This document shows positions 62,574 to 64,000 of a DNA stretch of 64,000 nt, piece after piece (positions within the stretch are counted from its first letter, which is position 1; each line of letters opens with the position of its first letter). A program made the translations under genes and the position numbers. The stretch comes from Schmidtea nova. Its lineage: Eukaryota. The DNA lies in assembly GCA_044892505.1 (NCBI GenBank), contig CM097882.1, positions 253,952,001-254,016,000 on the forward strand. The letters run 5' to 3'. The notes under the pieces were generated by a model, which ran no database searches, was not told where the DNA came from, and saw only the letters and a list, made by a program, of their open reading frames with translations.

Positions 62574-63851
62574 TTGAAAAATGATTTAGAAATAATTTGG
62601 AAAACGGCCGGAATGAAAGCAAAAAAGTGGATAACTAATTCTGAAAAATTGTTGGAAAGCATTCCATTGGAAGATCGAGCTTCAAAATTGAGTATTGAAG
62701 AGGAAGGAAGCATGACAGTGAAAACGTTAAGATTAAAATGGTTATCAGGACCAGACTATTTTGAGTTTTCGGTAAAACCATTTCAATCAAATAAATTAAC
62801 AAAAAGAACTTTATTAAGTTGGATAGCCAGAATATTCGATCCGTTAGGGTTTTTGAGTGCCTTTGTAGTAAGAGGAAAGATGATAATGCAATCAACTTGG
62901 ATGTCCGGAATCGATTGGGATGATCCATTACCAATGGAAATAGAGATGAGTGCAAAATGTTGGTTTGAACAAGCAGTGAATTTAAATGAGTTTAAAATAC
63001 CTAGATGTTTAATTTGTTCTGTGAATAGCGTATGGAGTATTCATGTATTTACCGATGCCTCTGAAAAAGCTTACGGAACGGTAGCGTATTTAAAAGAGCA
63101 AACTAAAGAGAACATAGAAACTAGATTTATAGCGGCTAAGTCAAAAGTCGCTCCAGTTAAAATGGTTAGTATTCCGAGGATGAAATTGCTAGGAGCTTGT
63201 GTCGGATTAAAATTGGCAAAAAAGATATCGGGAGCGATAAATTACGATGTTAGGGAAGTTACATTCTGGACTGATAGCATGGATGTGCTATATTTGATAC
63301 GACAGCATGCGCGAACATTCAAACAATTTGTGAGTAATAGAGTTGGAAGCATACAGTGTGAAACATCAGCTAACCAGTGGAAGCATGTGCCTACGAAGGA
63401 AAATCCGGCAGATTTTATTTTACGAGGAATGTCTGCTAGGGATCTGCAAGATAGAATGGAATGGTTAAAAGGACCGGCATTTCTCCAATTAGAAAAAGAC
63501 GAATGGCCTAAGACCGAATTCATCGACATGCCGACAATGTGTAAAGAAATTAAGAAAGTAGTCATGTACACAAATAAAGCAAAATTAAAAAATCGGAACT
63601 TTAAATCGTGTGTTAACTGTTTCGAACCAGAATGTTATTCGGACTGGGTGAGGTTAAAGTGTGTATATGCATGGGTAGTCAGATATATTAACAATTGTAG
63701 GTGTCAAATTGAAGGTAGAAGAAAGGGTCAACTGAAATCCGAAGAAATCGAAGATATTGAAATTAGAATAATCAAGGCGGATCAAGAGAAGCATTTTGAA
63801 GAGGAAGTCAAAATGTTGAAAAAAAGGCAAATTCGTTCAAGGAAAAAGTAA
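62574..63851 (+). pseudogene. BEL/Pao RT C-terminus and RNase H segment
   Basis: ARIFDPLG, IDWDDPLP, FTDASEKAYG, KSKVAP, FWTDS, ENPADF. Confidence 0.88.
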
Positions 63852-64000
63852 GTTGACAAAACTGAATCCGATTTTAGATAAAGATGAAATTATCCGATTT
63901 AATAGCCGTCTGGTTAATGCGGAATTTTTAACAATTAAAGCAAGGTACCCAGTAATTCTGAGTGATAAAAGTTGGGTCACCAGACTAATCATTAAAGAGT

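Larger units (their letters stand above)
59385..64000 (+). mobile_element. Degenerate BEL/Pao LTR retrotransposon coding region, truncated by the window end
   Basis: ORFs 59385, 59925 and 62574 share one frame, split by single TAG codons. DUF1759-like Gag, Cys knuckles, LLDDAS protease, KIRIVFDAAAK/YMDD RT, HVFTDASEKAYG RNase H. A frameshift near 63845 leads into the pre-integrase region. LTRs were not identified. Confidence 0.9.

Overview
This is a very AT-rich eukaryotic window made almost entirely of nested mobile elements; I found no ordinary host gene. The short introns and element types suggest an invertebrate, possibly a flatworm, but that is inference. (1) 1-1046: truncated Gypsy pol fragment related to the giant element below. 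(2) 1148-4420: small LTR element encoding a ubiquitin-like domain, Gag and a degenerate protease, inserted in a (TA)n tract. (3) A hAT remnant interrupted by a 26,846-bp Gypsy-type LTR retroelement (4549-31394, minus strand) with apparently identical 3,282-bp LTRs, a 4-bp TSD (TTAT) and a tRNA-Pro-like PBS. Its single 4,964-aa polyprotein reads Gag-CCHC, Ubl-like x3, AT-hook, Bcl-2-like, chuvirus-type envelope glycoprotein, PR, RT, RNase H, IN, ankyrin repeats, FN3-like repeats and TM. It is followed by six accessory ORFs, including a full-length TRAF and two ORFs inside the LTR, each preceded by an AG acceptor. (4) An 8-kb non-autonomous Maverick/Polinton (34755-42802, TSD TCTGTC) carrying a spliced IAP-type RING gene. 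(5) A near-complete 15.9-kb Maverick (43306-59200, TSD TTTATC) with pPolB, protease, MCP, two pentons, integrase, ATPase, a TBP-like gene and several 40-49-nt GT-AG introns. (6) Both Mavericks inserted into one ~253-aa ORF that lies upstream of a degenerate BEL/Pao ubiquitin-Gag-Pol frame (59385 to window end). All assignments come from reading motifs by eye; no database searches were run.
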